From: a virus
Taxonomy: Duplodnaviria > Caudoviricetes
DNA: 64,000 nucleotides
IMG/VR virus record: IMGVR_UViG_3300047400_000324
Location: 11,757-75,756 of that record
Strand: one strand, 5' to 3'
The notes beneath the pieces were generated by a model that saw only the letters and a program-made list of their open reading frames with translations, did no database searches and was not told the origin of the DNA. Within the stretch, counting starts at the first letter, position 1, and each line of letters opens with the position of its first letter. The translations under genes were made by a program, and so were the position numbers. Shown in pieces: positions 35,058 to 43,931 of the stretch.

Positions 35058-37583
35058 CTATCCAAAGAAAGATTCTAATGTATTTGTTTTTTCTAAACTC
35101 CAATCTATAACTTCTACTATAGATTGAATTGGATCTACAAATGCTTTTTGAAATTGCAATTCTTTGTTTATACAATGGTCTAAATTGAATTCTGTCGGCA
35201 GAGAATCCAATATAGTTATAACGTTTTCACGCAATGGATTTGGCATTGACAGATATGCAAATTTAACTTTATCGCCGTCGCCAATCATTTGATATTGATT
35301 ATGTAAATTTTTCTTATCAATCATGTTATTGTATAATAGAGCACCGCGAACATGAATTGGTGTGCCTTTGGCATATATATTATGTTTGTCTTTATATTTA
35401 TTCATACCTTTCATACCACGAGGAAAGGCTATATCCAAAAAAGACATTTTCATAAATTCTGTTTTAAAATCTGCTATATATTTTTGAAACGTTTCTTCAT
35501 CTTCGTTCATAATTATTTTAAGCGATTTTTTAATTGCGTCTCTGCACGATTTTGGTGTAGAAGACCTAACCGCTTCAATACCCATGATTTTCAATTGTGG
35601 TTCTGAAAATCTTACTCCTTCGATATCCAAGGCGTTTAGAATATACATCTTTCTTGCTTTCCAAATGCCTTTATTCGCTATAGTTTCACGTTTCATGAAC
35701 ATCTTTTGCTGATAAGCATGCATATATTCAGATAAATCTGTATAAGACCGATTTATCATATTTTGAATTTTTGTGCTGCAAAATTTATCAAGGCAATCGA
35801 CGATATTGGATATATTTGTTTTATCGTTTGCATCGATGCCAAGACGTTTAACCAATGGTTCCATATTGATATAAACAGAATCTGTATCGGATGCAATAAC
35901 ATAATCCAAATCTTTTGTTTTCAAAAGATCGTTGAAATATCGATTGAATTCTTTTTCAATCCAACGAATTGACAATTGACCAGACATAGTTATAGCTTCA
36001 GCCAAATCAAAGTCGAACCATCGAAAATATTCATTTGCCAACGCGCCGTATGCCGAATTCAATTGTATCTTTTTTGCTAATTGAAGATTGTGATATTTTG
36101 CAATATCGTTTGAAACTAGGCGTCTTTGTTCGATTTCTTCCTCTGGAATTGTTTCAAGTTTTTTCTTAACATCAAGCATTTTCTGTTTATAAACAGATCG
36201 ATCATTATAAAATTTTTCCATCAATGCTGGAAGAAAACCTTGTTTTTCTCTGTTGAAAATTACACCGTTTGCAGCGCGTATCAGTCCATCGTTTTCTATT
36301 TCAAATCTTTTTTCCAAAAGAGAATCGATTGATGGAAAAGTTTCTGAACGACTTATTTTCGTTTCCGGCGATATATTATATTGCATGATCAAATGTGGAT
36401 AGAGAGAGGTCAAATCAAAAGAAACTACCCAATTTGTCAATCCAACTTTTACATCTTTCACATATCCACCAACAAGTGAATTATTGAAATTTTTCTTTTT
36501 GAATTGAGGAATAACAATACATCTATCCAACAAGAAATTGTGTATAATCACATCCCAAGGTCTAACAGTTGTCATTGTATCGTTATAATTTACTTTTGCA
36601 TCATATGCAAAAACAATTACTTGTTCGATAAATTTTAGTTTTTGTTCAAGCATATCGATAAGTGTAACGTCATGGATGTTATAATCAATAAACAAATCAT
36701 GATTTTTCTTATAAAGATCATCGAGCGATTTATAACCAGAAGAAGAATAATCTACTTTCTTTTCTCCAAGTTCTTTTTCAGCAATCGCATCCAATTTATA
36801 AGATTCTTGTTGTTCGAATTTGAATTTTTTATAAAGATGCAAATAATCTAAAATATTGATACCTGCTGGAATAAAAGTTTGACAATCTTTGTCGTGTATA
36901 TTGACAGTTCTTTCTTCCAAGAATCCCCATGGAGACAATTTGTTTGCTTCATGATTTCCAAGAACATTACGAATTCTGTTGACAATATAAGGCAAATCGA
37001 AAAATTCGATATTCCAACCTGTCAATATATCTGGCATGTATCTGCCAGATTGCCATATTTTAATAAAATTATTGAGAAGATGCCATTCATCTGCACATTT
37101 TATATAATTCACTTTATCCGATTTTACTGTATATTCTCCCATGCCAAGAACCACTTTCTCGCCTTTGCGAGACATAGTAATAGCAGTAATTTCTTTATCG
37201 GCTTTTTCTATATCGGGAAAACCATCGTCCGATCTAGTTTCAATATCCAATGAAATAACATTGATTCTATCGACATCATAATTCATTTCCGGAAATTTAT
37301 CTCTAATATAAACATAATGAAATAAATTGAATCCAAAGATTTCAACATTCGATACATCGCTGTATTGTTTGATAAAATCTTTAGCTTCATGAATGTTATC
37401 GAAATCTATTTTATCTACTGGGTATCCATCGAGAGTTCGATAACGTGTATCCGTTTTACCGGTAGATTTTATAAAAAGATATGGCTTATAATCTACGGTT
37501 TCATTCACTCTTCTACCATCTTTATAACCACGATAGTATATTTTATTTCCACGCGTAAAAACGTTTGTATAAAATTCAGACAT
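35058..37583 (-). CDS. 43: Family B DNA polymerase gp43
   Basis: Exonuclease motifs DIET, GWNIEFFD, YNIHD; polymerase motifs SFDLTSLYP, KIQLNSAYG, SDTDS. Confidence 0.98.
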   Translation of the reverse strand: MSEFYTNVFTRGNKIYYRGYKDGRRVNETVDYKPYLFIKSTGKTDTRYRTLDGYPVDKIDFDNIHEAKDFIKQYSDVSNVEIFGFNLFHYVYIRDKFPEMNYDVDRINVISLDIETRSDDGFPDIEKADKEITAITMSRKGEKVVLGMGEYTVKSDKVNYIKCADEWHLLNNFIKIWQSGRYMPDILTGWNIEFFDLPYIVNRIRNVLGNHEANKLSPWGFLEERTVNIHDKDCQTFIPAGINILDYLHLYKKFKFEQQESYKLDAIAEKELGEKKVDYSSSGYKSLDDLYKKNHDLFIDYNIHDVTLIDMLEQKLKFIEQVIVFAYDAKVNYNDTMTTVRPWDVIIHNFLLDRCIVIPQFKKKNFNNSLVGGYVKDVKVGLTNWVVSFDLTSLYPHLIMQYNISPETKISRSETFPSIDSLLEKRFEIENDGLIRAANGVIFNREKQGFLPALMEKFYNDRSVYKQKMLDVKKKLETIPEEEIEQRRLVSNDIAKYHNLQLAKKIQLNSAYGALANEYFRWFDFDLAEAITMSGQLSIRWIEKEFNRYFNDLLKTKDLDYVIASDTDSVYINMEPLVKRLGIDANDKTNISNIVDCLDKFCSTKIQNMINRSYTDLSEYMHAYQQKMFMKRETIANKGIWKARKMYILNALDIEGVRFSEPQLKIMGIEAVRSSTPKSCRDAIKKSLKIIMNEDEETFQKYIADFKTEFMKMSFLDIAFPRGMKGMNKYKDKHNIYAKGTPIHVRGALLYNNMIDKKNLHNQYQMIGDGDKVKFAYLSMPNPLRENVITILDSLPTEFNLDHCINKELQFQKAFVDPIQSIVEVIDWSLEKTNTLESFFG

Positions 37584-37637
37584 TCAAAATACCCTCAAAT
37601 ATACATATACAATATCATAAGGTATTAAAAATGTCAA

Positions 37638-38252
37638 CTATTGAAATATCACCAAACCGTTGTGATAAAGTTCTTCTCTTTCCGTCAATCCAAGCGTGCC
37701 ACCATTGATTTTCTTAGTAACAGTAATAACATCGTCTAAATCCGAAGGTTCGTTCAAATTGTGTTCATTCCAAAACCAACCAGCACTATGAATAGACCCG
37801 GCAACAGTTCCCATATATTCTACTGCCTCTTCTAAACTCAGATCATTGTCCTTTGCAAATTTGGTATAATTGCTTCTTCCCGTCAGTTGTATAAATCCTC
37901 TACCACGGAAATTATATCCATCGCCGCTGGATTCCGGACCATTTCCCATACGATTTGCATAAACTCTATTTGCAATTTTTTGTGGATTATGCGCGTATTC
38001 ATGCACATCTACACCACGAAAATGTGTCGGAAAAATAACTGCAAGCCTTTCTGGACGATAATTCAAATTTTCTTCTTTGACTCTAAATCCACCAGATTCA
38101 TGGCCACATTGTGCTATAAACATAGCAATACGATTGAGATTGTCTATATTGTATTCTTGCAAAGTCATGTTCAATGGATTCAAAAGTTCATCGATTGCGG
38201 TAATAGGCGTCGATGGAAACATACGTTGCATTTGTTCTTCTGTCACAGGCAT
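37638..38252 (-). CDS. GH19 endolysin
   Basis: FIAQCGHESGGF...EENLNY, FRGRGFIQLTGRSNY, AGWFW, TKKINGG; SD AGGAG before MPVTEE. Confidence 0.92.
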   Translation of the reverse strand: MPVTEEQMQRMFPSTPITAIDELLNPLNMTLQEYNIDNLNRIAMFIAQCGHESGGFRVKEENLNYRPERLAVIFPTHFRGVDVHEYAHNPQKIANRVYANRMGNGPESSGDGYNFRGRGFIQLTGRSNYTKFAKDNDLSLEEAVEYMGTVAGSIHSAGWFWNEHNLNEPSDLDDVITVTKKINGGTLGLTEREELYHNGLVIFQ

Positions 38253-38270
38253 AATAAATCTCCTATTATA

Positions 38271-38303
38271 AAAAGGGGATTGAAACAATTTCAATCCCTT
38301 TTT
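38271..38303. terminator. Bidirectional intrinsic terminator
   Basis: aaaa-ggggattgaaa-caa-tttcaatccct-tttt. Confidence 0.75.
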
Positions 38304-38315
38304 ATTTATTTCATA

Positions 38316-38480
38316 TCAATATTTCGGAAAAAAACCTTTACTCAAAGCAAGAACATCGCATCTATTGATGCCCATATCCTTCAAATCATGGCCGGACATA
38401 TTGGCCAATTGAGCCAATTCTTTCATATTTTTAAAATACGATCGAATTTCCTTTATAGTATCAAAAATTTGTGTAAACAT
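38316..38480 (-). CDS. DUF1127-family small protein (54 aa, not in the ORF track)
   Basis: RSYFKNMKELAQLANMSGHDLKDMGINRCDV resembles the DUF1127 pattern R...EL..LSD..L.DIG..R.D; abuts the hsp20 stop. Confidence 0.65.
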   Translation of the reverse strand: MFTQIFDTIKEIRSYFKNMKELAQLANMSGHDLKDMGINRCDVLALSKGFFPKY

Positions 38481-38974
38481 TAAATCTTCTCCGATGTAGT
38501 CTCTGAGGTTTGCTTTTTGTCTGTAATTTCAATCTTTTTTGGTTTCTTATCTTCTGGAATAATATGATCCAACCAAATCTTCAAGATTCCATTCAGCATT
38601 TCAGCATTGTCAATCACGACATTATCGGCAAGAGTAAATTGTCGAGTAAATGCACGGTTTGCAATTCCCATATGAAGATACTTATCTGCATCTTCCTTTG
38701 TATCGGCAGTTGCATTTCCCTTAATAAAAAGTTTCTTATCTTCTAGTGTAATTTCAATATCTTGTTTGCTAAAACCAGCAACAGCCATTTCAATTACATA
38801 CTTATTATCCGATGTTTTCTTCAGATTGAAAGGCGGATAAGTTGTTGTTGCTGTATTTGCTAGCCATTCGGCATTTTGTTTCAGTGTTTCAGCGATTCTG
38901 TCTGCACCAATAAAAAAACGATCAAAATTGGATGCATCGAACGTAAAAGTCTTCCAATAATTTGTGGAATTCAT
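38480..38974 (-). CDS. Small heat-shock protein (Hsp20, IbpA-like)
   Basis: YPPFNL, IEMAVAGF, YLHMGIANRAFTRQFTLA, A.MLNGILKI.L; SD AAGGAG before ATG 38974. Confidence 0.93.
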   Translation of the reverse strand: MNSTNYWKTFTFDASNFDRFFIGADRIAETLKQNAEWLANTATTTYPPFNLKKTSDNKYVIEMAVAGFSKQDIEITLEDKKLFIKGNATADTKEDADKYLHMGIANRAFTRQFTLADNVVIDNAEMLNGILKIWLDHIIPEDKKPKKIEITDKKQTSETTSEKI

Positions 38975-38980
38975 GTTATT

Positions 38981-39037
38981 TCTCCTTGTTAAGCGAGATT
39001 GAAAAAATATCCAAAACCCATTAGGCATTTTGGATAT
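38981..39037 (-). promoter_or_regulatory. ROSE-like RNA thermometer
   Basis: TCTCGCTTAACAAGGAGA over the SD, plus upstream hairpin ATATCCAAAA/TTTTGGATAT. Confidence 0.55.
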
Positions 39038-39080
39038 ACTATATATAATATAAACCAGTCAAAATGTCAATAAAAAGGTA

Positions 39081-39281
39081 TCAATGATATTTTTTATTCA
39101 ATCTTTCTTCGGAAGTAACCGATAGTTCCCTTGTATATTGATTATAAATATATACTGGTGTAATCAATGCTTCTGAATAAATTTTGCCCTCGTCCAAAGC
39201 CTGTTGAAATATATTGTTGTTTTCATCGGCATTGAGCATAGCATAATTTTTTATTACATATTCTGGTACTATTGCAAACAT
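39081..39281 (-). CDS. Hypothetical protein
   Basis: ORF with GAGG SD. Confidence 0.55.
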   Translation of the reverse strand: MFAIVPEYVIKNYAMLNADENNNIFQQALDEGKIYSEALITPVYIYNQYTRELSVTSEERLNKKYH

Positions 39282-39309
39282 TATTACCTCTTATAATTGG
39301 AAGAAAAAA

Positions 39310-39669
39310 ATGTTGGGGTTATTTGGAATAAATAAATTTACGATGTTTTTAATAGCTTTTGTATTTATCTCATCCGTGTATTATATATGGAAAAAGAATA
39401 TAGAACATGCTGCTTTGATAGAATTCAATAACGCACAAATGCAGCAAACGCTCAAAGATCAAGAAAAATATATACAAGATCAAAAAAGATTGGCTGATCA
39501 GACAATTGAAGCGGTAAATCAAATACAAGCAAACAATGCTAAATTGCAAACAAAAATAGGCAATTTAAATAATATTATAAACACCAGTCAAAATCAATCT
39601 TCTTCGACGATTCTCAAACAAACTTTTGAAAAATTGACAGAAATACAACAAGAAGAAAACAAAAAATGA
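39310..39669 (+). CDS. Putative inner-membrane spanin (Rz-like)
   Basis: N-terminal transmembrane helix followed by a coiled coil; overlaps a downstream lipoprotein gene. Confidence 0.7.
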   Translation: MLGLFGINKFTMFLIAFVFISSVYYIWKKNIEHAALIEFNNAQMQQTLKDQEKYIQDQKRLADQTIEAVNQIQANNAKLQTKIGNLNNIINTSQNQSSSTILKQTFEKLTEIQQEENKK

Positions 39670-39980
39670 AACATATTTTTATCATTTATGCTTTTACCAT
39701 TTTAATGTTACTTTTAGCTGGATGTTCTTCAGAAAATGAAATGATAATATCCCACAAATATACAGTTGTTATGCCTGATGATAGGCTTTTCAATTGCAAT
39801 TCTCCAGATATTTTACCAAATTCAAAAACACTTACAGATGCAGATGTAGCAAAAACTGTTGTAAAACTTTATCAAAACAATGTTCAATGCAAAAGAAGCA
39901 TCGATTCGATAAAAAAATTTCTAGAAGATTCTAAGAAAAATATAGAAGCAGAAGAGTCAAAGGACAATCAACGCCAATAA
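39666..39980 (+). CDS. Putative outer-membrane spanin lipoprotein (Rz1-like)
   Basis: Lipobox LLAGC; two further Cys; ATGA coupling. Confidence 0.7.
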   Translation: MKHIFIIYAFTILMLLLAGCSSENEMIISHKYTVVMPDDRLFNCNSPDILPNSKTLTDADVAKTVVKLYQNNVQCKRSIDSIKKFLEDSKKNIEAEESKDNQRQ

Positions 39981-40186
39981 TGGCGATAAATTGGTCTAGT
40001 ATATACTACAATTGGAGGTGGTGCATATACAGGAGGAGATACATATACTCCAGATGCATAATATGGTGAATATACAGGTGTTTGTACTGCACATCCACTA
40101 CATACAATAAGCACACCAAAAAATACAATCAAATTAACGATAAATTTCATTTTTATTTTCCAAAAAATCGATTGTAGGAATACCAA
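39968..40186 (-). CDS. Small Pro/Tyr-rich lipoprotein
   Basis: Lipobox-like CSGC then PVYSPYY...PPPIVVY. Confidence 0.5.
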   Translation of the reverse strand: MVFLQSIFWKIKMKFIVNLIVFFGVLIVCSGCAVQTPVYSPYYASGVYVSPPVYAPPPIVVYTRPIYRHYWR

Positions 40187-40346
40187 TTACAACATTGGTA
40201 TTTGAAATCCTTTTAGAGAAAGTTACAGCATCTGTAATTGTAGGAAATATCTTTGTTTTTTCAATTGTATATCCATACATATTTGAACCTTTATTTTGGC
40301 AAAGTTCCTGATATGTGCATTTAACAGACATGATTTCAATCTCCAT
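40134..40346 (-). CDS. Hypothetical protein
   Basis: ORF with GGAG SD. Confidence 0.45.
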   Translation of the reverse strand: MEIEIMSVKCTYQELCQNKGSNMYGYTIEKTKIFPTITDAVTFSKRISNTNVVIGIPTIDFLENKNEIYR

Positions 40347-40360
40347 ACGATATTTATAAT

Positions 40361-40720
40361 TTATCGTCTCATTTGGGATATTTCAACCGCAGAATTTTGA
40401 GAAAATACTGGTACCATATTGCTTTTATGCATAATAGCAATACCCACCAAATTTTTACCTGTATATTTGTTTTCTGTTTTTTTCAATCCAGTGATTCCAA
40501 CATTTTCAAAAGATCCTTCTAGAATCTTAGATACAGGTGTTGTGAAAAGAACTGTCGTGTTTTTGCATTTATTGTTTTTAGTTCTTTTTTTGATTTGTGA
40601 AATATGAACGCCATTCTGTTTAAGCCAATTCTCATGATCTTGCTTGGCTTTAATTTGTTTAGTAGAAAGCTTGGATCGGCAAGATCCATTTGTATTGAAT
40701 TTATGGGAAAGAAGCTGCAT
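40361..40720 (-). CDS. Conserved phage hypothetical protein
   Basis: YTG..LVGIAIMHKSNMVPVFS...A.EISQMRR. Confidence 0.7.
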   Translation of the reverse strand: MQLLSHKFNTNGSCRSKLSTKQIKAKQDHENWLKQNGVHISQIKKRTKNNKCKNTTVLFTTPVSKILEGSFENVGITGLKKTENKYTGKNLVGIAIMHKSNMVPVFSQNSAVEISQMRR

Positions 40721-40773
40721 AACATAACTCCATTTATTTCACAAATGCGAATATATCATATATTGAATATATG

Positions 40774-40953
40774 TCAATAACTATATTCGTATTCCATGGA
40801 ATAAATGGATTTACGATGTTTTTGATTTCTCTTATAAAGAGTTTTATCACCAATGACCTTGCTTTTGAAGTTATTCTCTCGCGAGAACAATTCAACAGCC
40901 CTACGACGACGCTTTGGAGCAGAAGGCATATCGAATTTTACAATGTTAGACAT
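40774..40953 (-). CDS. ArfA-like basic peptide (59 aa, not in the ORF track)
   Basis: ELFSRENNFKSKVIGDKTLYKRNQKHRK; SD GAGG. Confidence 0.5.
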   Translation of the reverse strand: MSNIVKFDMPSAPKRRRRAVELFSRENNFKSKVIGDKTLYKRNQKHRKSIYSMEYEYSY

Positions 40954-41030
40954 TTTTGCGATTTCCTCTTCAATTTCAATATATATCTTATATCATCGTT
41001 TACAATGTTTGTCAACCTTTTTTGAAGAAT

Positions 41031-41384
41031 TTATCCGCGTTTTAAAATTTTTATCGATTGTCTTTCTGGTTTATAAAATTCTATAATTTTTGGCAAACTT
41101 GTTTCCGGATCCGAAACGCCACAATAAAATGCATCTATAGCTGCATATCCTTCTTCTGGCCATGTATGAACGGATATATGGCTTTCGGACAATATAATAA
41201 CTCCCGTATATCCACACCCATTTCCAAAATGATGCCAACGTTCTGTTATAATAGTAACACCAGAAAATTTTGCGGCTTCTTTTAAAGCCACCGCTGCCTC
41301 ATCCATATTCCAATAAGGCAAAGAATTTTTTTCACCCCATATATCGAGTATCAGATGTTTTCCTTGAGGAGGTACATTGTGCAT
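41031..41384 (-). CDS. speD: Pyruvoyl-dependent S-adenosylmethionine decarboxylase-like proenzyme (copy 2)
   Basis: GKHLILD, GYTGVIILSESHISVHTWPE.GYAAIDAFYCG. Confidence 0.9.
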   Translation of the reverse strand: MHNVPPQGKHLILDIWGEKNSLPYWNMDEAAVALKEAAKFSGVTIITERWHHFGNGCGYTGVIILSESHISVHTWPEEGYAAIDAFYCGVSDPETSLPKIIEFYKPERQSIKILKRG

Positions 41385-41418
41385 TTCATTTTAAATCCTT
41401 TTATATTAGTTTTTTTAT

Positions 41419-41655
41419 TTATGATTGATAATAGGATTCATATGATACCGTTGTTCTTTTTATCAATCTACCACCACCATTGCATCTAAGACAATTGATT
41501 TGTGTTTCTTTTCTTTTATTTTCATTATAATCTACGGTAACATCGCGCATTTTATATCCAAATCCATGACAATTTGGACATATTACTATTTCTTTAATGT
41601 CATGGGAATTGAAATCTAATGTAGCCATATGTTTATTCAACATGGCATTCCTCAT
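41419..41655 (-). CDS. Small Zn-finger protein (DnaJ-type CxxCxGxG repeats)
   Basis: CPNCHGFG and CLRCNGGG. Confidence 0.6.
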   Translation of the reverse strand: MRNAMLNKHMATLDFNSHDIKEIVICPNCHGFGYKMRDVTVDYNENKRKETQINCLRCNGGGRLIKRTTVSYESYYQS

Positions 41656-41917
41656 TCATTGATTATTGATTGATTTTGGTGGACCAGCACGGTACTGCCC
41701 CGTGTCTTTCTGCGTGCAAAGCAGATGTGCTACCTTTTATCACTACGGGCCCAATTCCTTGATTCTGTCTAGAAAATATTGCAATACAATTTTATGCTCT
41801 CTATTTTCTTTCTTATTCATTTTTTTAACATTTTTTACATTCAATTTATTTATCACTTCAAATTGAAATGCATTTTTCAAAAAAATGGATATAGAATCAG
41901 TCATATGATATCAATTT

Positions 41918-42337
41918 CTATCGAATTTCTTCTGACAATTCTTTATAACCAGCCCAAGAAGGGTGAATTCTATCGTTCTGCAACTTATGCGTAGTAATAA
42001 GCTTATCGCCAAAATTACCAGCAATAGTTTGTACAATATAATTGATATCTGGTTTGCAAAACTTTTCATTGCAGGGAGGCATAATCCAAAATACTCGATC
42101 TGCCTTTACGGCAGACCTCATTTTCATCAATTCATCGTATGTTTTAATGCCTTTATAGTCATTTGTTCCCAAACTGATAACAACAGTATGTGCTGTAAGA
42201 TCCTTATGTTCCCGATCGATGAATTTTTGATTCCATTGCCATGTAGTCCATCCACTCTTTGCATATTCTACGCATTCGGTTTTAACACTATGAGTTCCTA
42301 CAGCAATACTATCGCCCAAAATAATACAGTCCAACAT
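41918..42337 (-). CDS. SGNH/GDSL-like hydrolase
   Basis: LGDSIA, G, SLGTND, DRIHP blocks. Confidence 0.75.
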   Translation of the reverse strand: MLDCIILGDSIAVGTHSVKTECVEYAKSGWTTWQWNQKFIDREHKDLTAHTVVISLGTNDYKGIKTYDELMKMRSAVKADRVFWIMPPCNEKFCKPDINYIVQTIAGNFGDKLITTHKLQNDRIHPSWAGYKELSEEIR

Positions 42338-42339
42338 TT

Positions 42340-42648
42340 TTATTCCTCCGTTTTGGTATAAATGTATGTAACATCGGATCCATATGATGGAACCAACATC
42401 AGTTTTTCCGGCATACCATTTTGATCTTTATTGCCAATATAACCAGTGATAAAAATAGTATCTGGAAATTTGTCAGGTGTAAGTTGCCGAAGGATTTTTG
42501 CTTGATCGTCGCATTTCATCTTAAGACGTTCTATTTCTTTTACAGCATTTGTTATAAGTTTAGTAAAAGCGTTTGGAAGACCACGAACCGATGCCGCTAA
42601 AATAATTTCATGCAATTCATCGATGATATTATTGGTATTTTGCGTCAT
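42340..42648 (-). CDS. Hypothetical protein
   Basis: In-operon ORF. Confidence 0.55.
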   Translation of the reverse strand: MTQNTNNIIDELHEIILAASVRGLPNAFTKLITNAVKEIERLKMKCDDQAKILRQLTPDKFPDTIFITGYIGNKDQNGMPEKLMLVPSYGSDVTYIYTKTEE

Positions 42649-42696
42649 ATCATAGTAGCTTTCACTGAATTATTAAAAGGCAACAAACAAAAATAA

Positions 42697-42773
42697 TGGT
42701 GGAAGCGGTCCGATTCGAACGGACGATAAATCGGTTATGAGCCGACGGCCTTAAACCACTTGGCGACGCTTCC
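42697..42773 (-). tRNA. tRNA with CAU anticodon (elongator Met or Ile2)
   Basis: GGAAGCG/CGCTTCC-A-CCA; GTCGG-CTCATAA-CCGAT. Confidence 0.9.
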
Positions 42774-42829
42774 ATTTATATTATGTCGATAATGTAACAC
42801 GAAAATTTATTCATGTCAACTATTTTATT

Positions 42830-42904
42830 TGGTGCGAGATATAGGGTTTGAACCTATGACATTTTCGGTGTAAACGAAACGCTCTACCACTGAGCTAATC
42901 TCGC
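42830..42904 (-). tRNA. tRNA-Val (UAC)
   Basis: GCGAGAT/ATCTCGC-A-CCA; TTTCG-TTTACAC-CGAAA. Confidence 0.93.
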
Positions 42905-42914
42905 ATAAATTTAA

Positions 42915-42991
42915 TGGTCCGTGCGGCTGGATTTGAACCAGCGACCCCATGGTCCCAAACCATGTATTCTACCAGACTGAACTACGCGCGG
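42915..42991 (-). tRNA. tRNA-Pro (UGG)
   Basis: CATGG-TTTGGGA-CCATG; encoded CCA. Confidence 0.92.
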
Positions 42992-42997
42992 TAATTA

Positions 42998-43085
42998 TGG
43001 CGGAGAGACTGGGATTTGAACCCAGGGAACATTTCTGTTCGGAAGTTTTCAAGACTTCTAGTTTCAGCCACTCACTCACCTCTCC
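42998..43085 (-). tRNA. tRNA-Ser (UGA)
   Basis: GAAGT-CTTGAAA-ACTTC, long variable arm, G73, CCA. Confidence 0.92.
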
Positions 43086-43111
43086 TGAAAACAAAATGAT
43101 TAATGTAGATA

Positions 43112-43187
43112 TGGCGCACCGTCAAGGAATCGAACCCTGCTATTCGGTTTTGGAGACCGATACATCGCCACTAAATGCTTACGGTAC
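43112..43187 (-). tRNA. tRNA-Trp (CCA)
   Basis: GTACCGT/ACGGTGC-G-CCA; TCGGT-CTCCAAA-ACCGA. Confidence 0.9.
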
Positions 43188-43189
43188 TA

Positions 43190-43278
43190 CGGAAATGAGA
43201 GGATTCGAACCTCCGGATCATATTTCTACGATCAACGGTTTAGCAAACCGCCACTTTAAACCACTCAGTCACATTTCC
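43190..43278 (-). tRNA. tRNA-Ser (GCU), no encoded CCA
   Basis: GGAAATG/CATTTCC-G; GCGGT-TTGCTAA-ACCGT; long variable arm. Confidence 0.9.
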
Positions 43279-43292
43279 AGTTTATTCGAATA

Positions 43293-43826
43293 TCAGAACC
43301 GATAGTTTACACCAGCACTAAACACGTGATCTTGCTTGATAGCAGAATTGCTACGATTCATTGGACGAATTTCACGATATCGGGCATCCAATTCAACAGA
43401 TTCCGAAACGGCAATTCTAGTACCTGCGCCAACATCCCAAATAGCCCTTTCAGAATTTGTTGTGCGAATGGTCGAAAGCCCGTTGAATGAATAACCAGCG
43501 CCAGCCAAAACATAAGGTGTTACGACTGTATTGGGAATACGATATTGTACAATTCCGTTTACCATGGCACGATAACCTTCACGATCAGACCGCCACACCT
43601 TGTCAATATCGGCCTCGGCTCGCAAATGCTTTCCAATTTGAAATCCAGCATCTACACCAAAAACACGTTCATTGAAATTGCCGGTCGATGACCCAAGAGA
43701 ACCACCAACATAAGCACCGGTTCGATCTAGATTTACAGAGGTTGGAAATGCTGTATCTGCTGCCATAGAGGCTGCTTGCAATCCAGCAATCATCATAACA
43801 GCCGCACTAATTGTCTTAAAATTCAT
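43293..43826 (-). CDS. Outer-membrane beta-barrel protein (Omp25/RopB/OmpA-TM-like)
   Basis: Signal peptide, GAYVGGSLG, TPYVLAGAGY, DVGAG, ELDARYR, C-terminal GVNYRF. Confidence 0.88.
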   Translation of the reverse strand: MNFKTISAAVMMIAGLQAASMAADTAFPTSVNLDRTGAYVGGSLGSSTGNFNERVFGVDAGFQIGKHLRAEADIDKVWRSDREGYRAMVNGIVQYRIPNTVVTPYVLAGAGYSFNGLSTIRTTNSERAIWDVGAGTRIAVSESVELDARYREIRPMNRSNSAIKQDHVFSAGVNYRF

Positions 43827-43931
43827 TTTTTACATCCTTTACAATTATCAAAAAATAAGCATATTGGAAATGTGGTACAATAATTACCCTATGCTTTAAA
43901 CCACGAATAGGAACCAATATGTTTATATGAG

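Noticed and set aside
42949-43305. 118-aa plus-strand ORF
   Set aside because: Antisense shadow of four tRNA genes.
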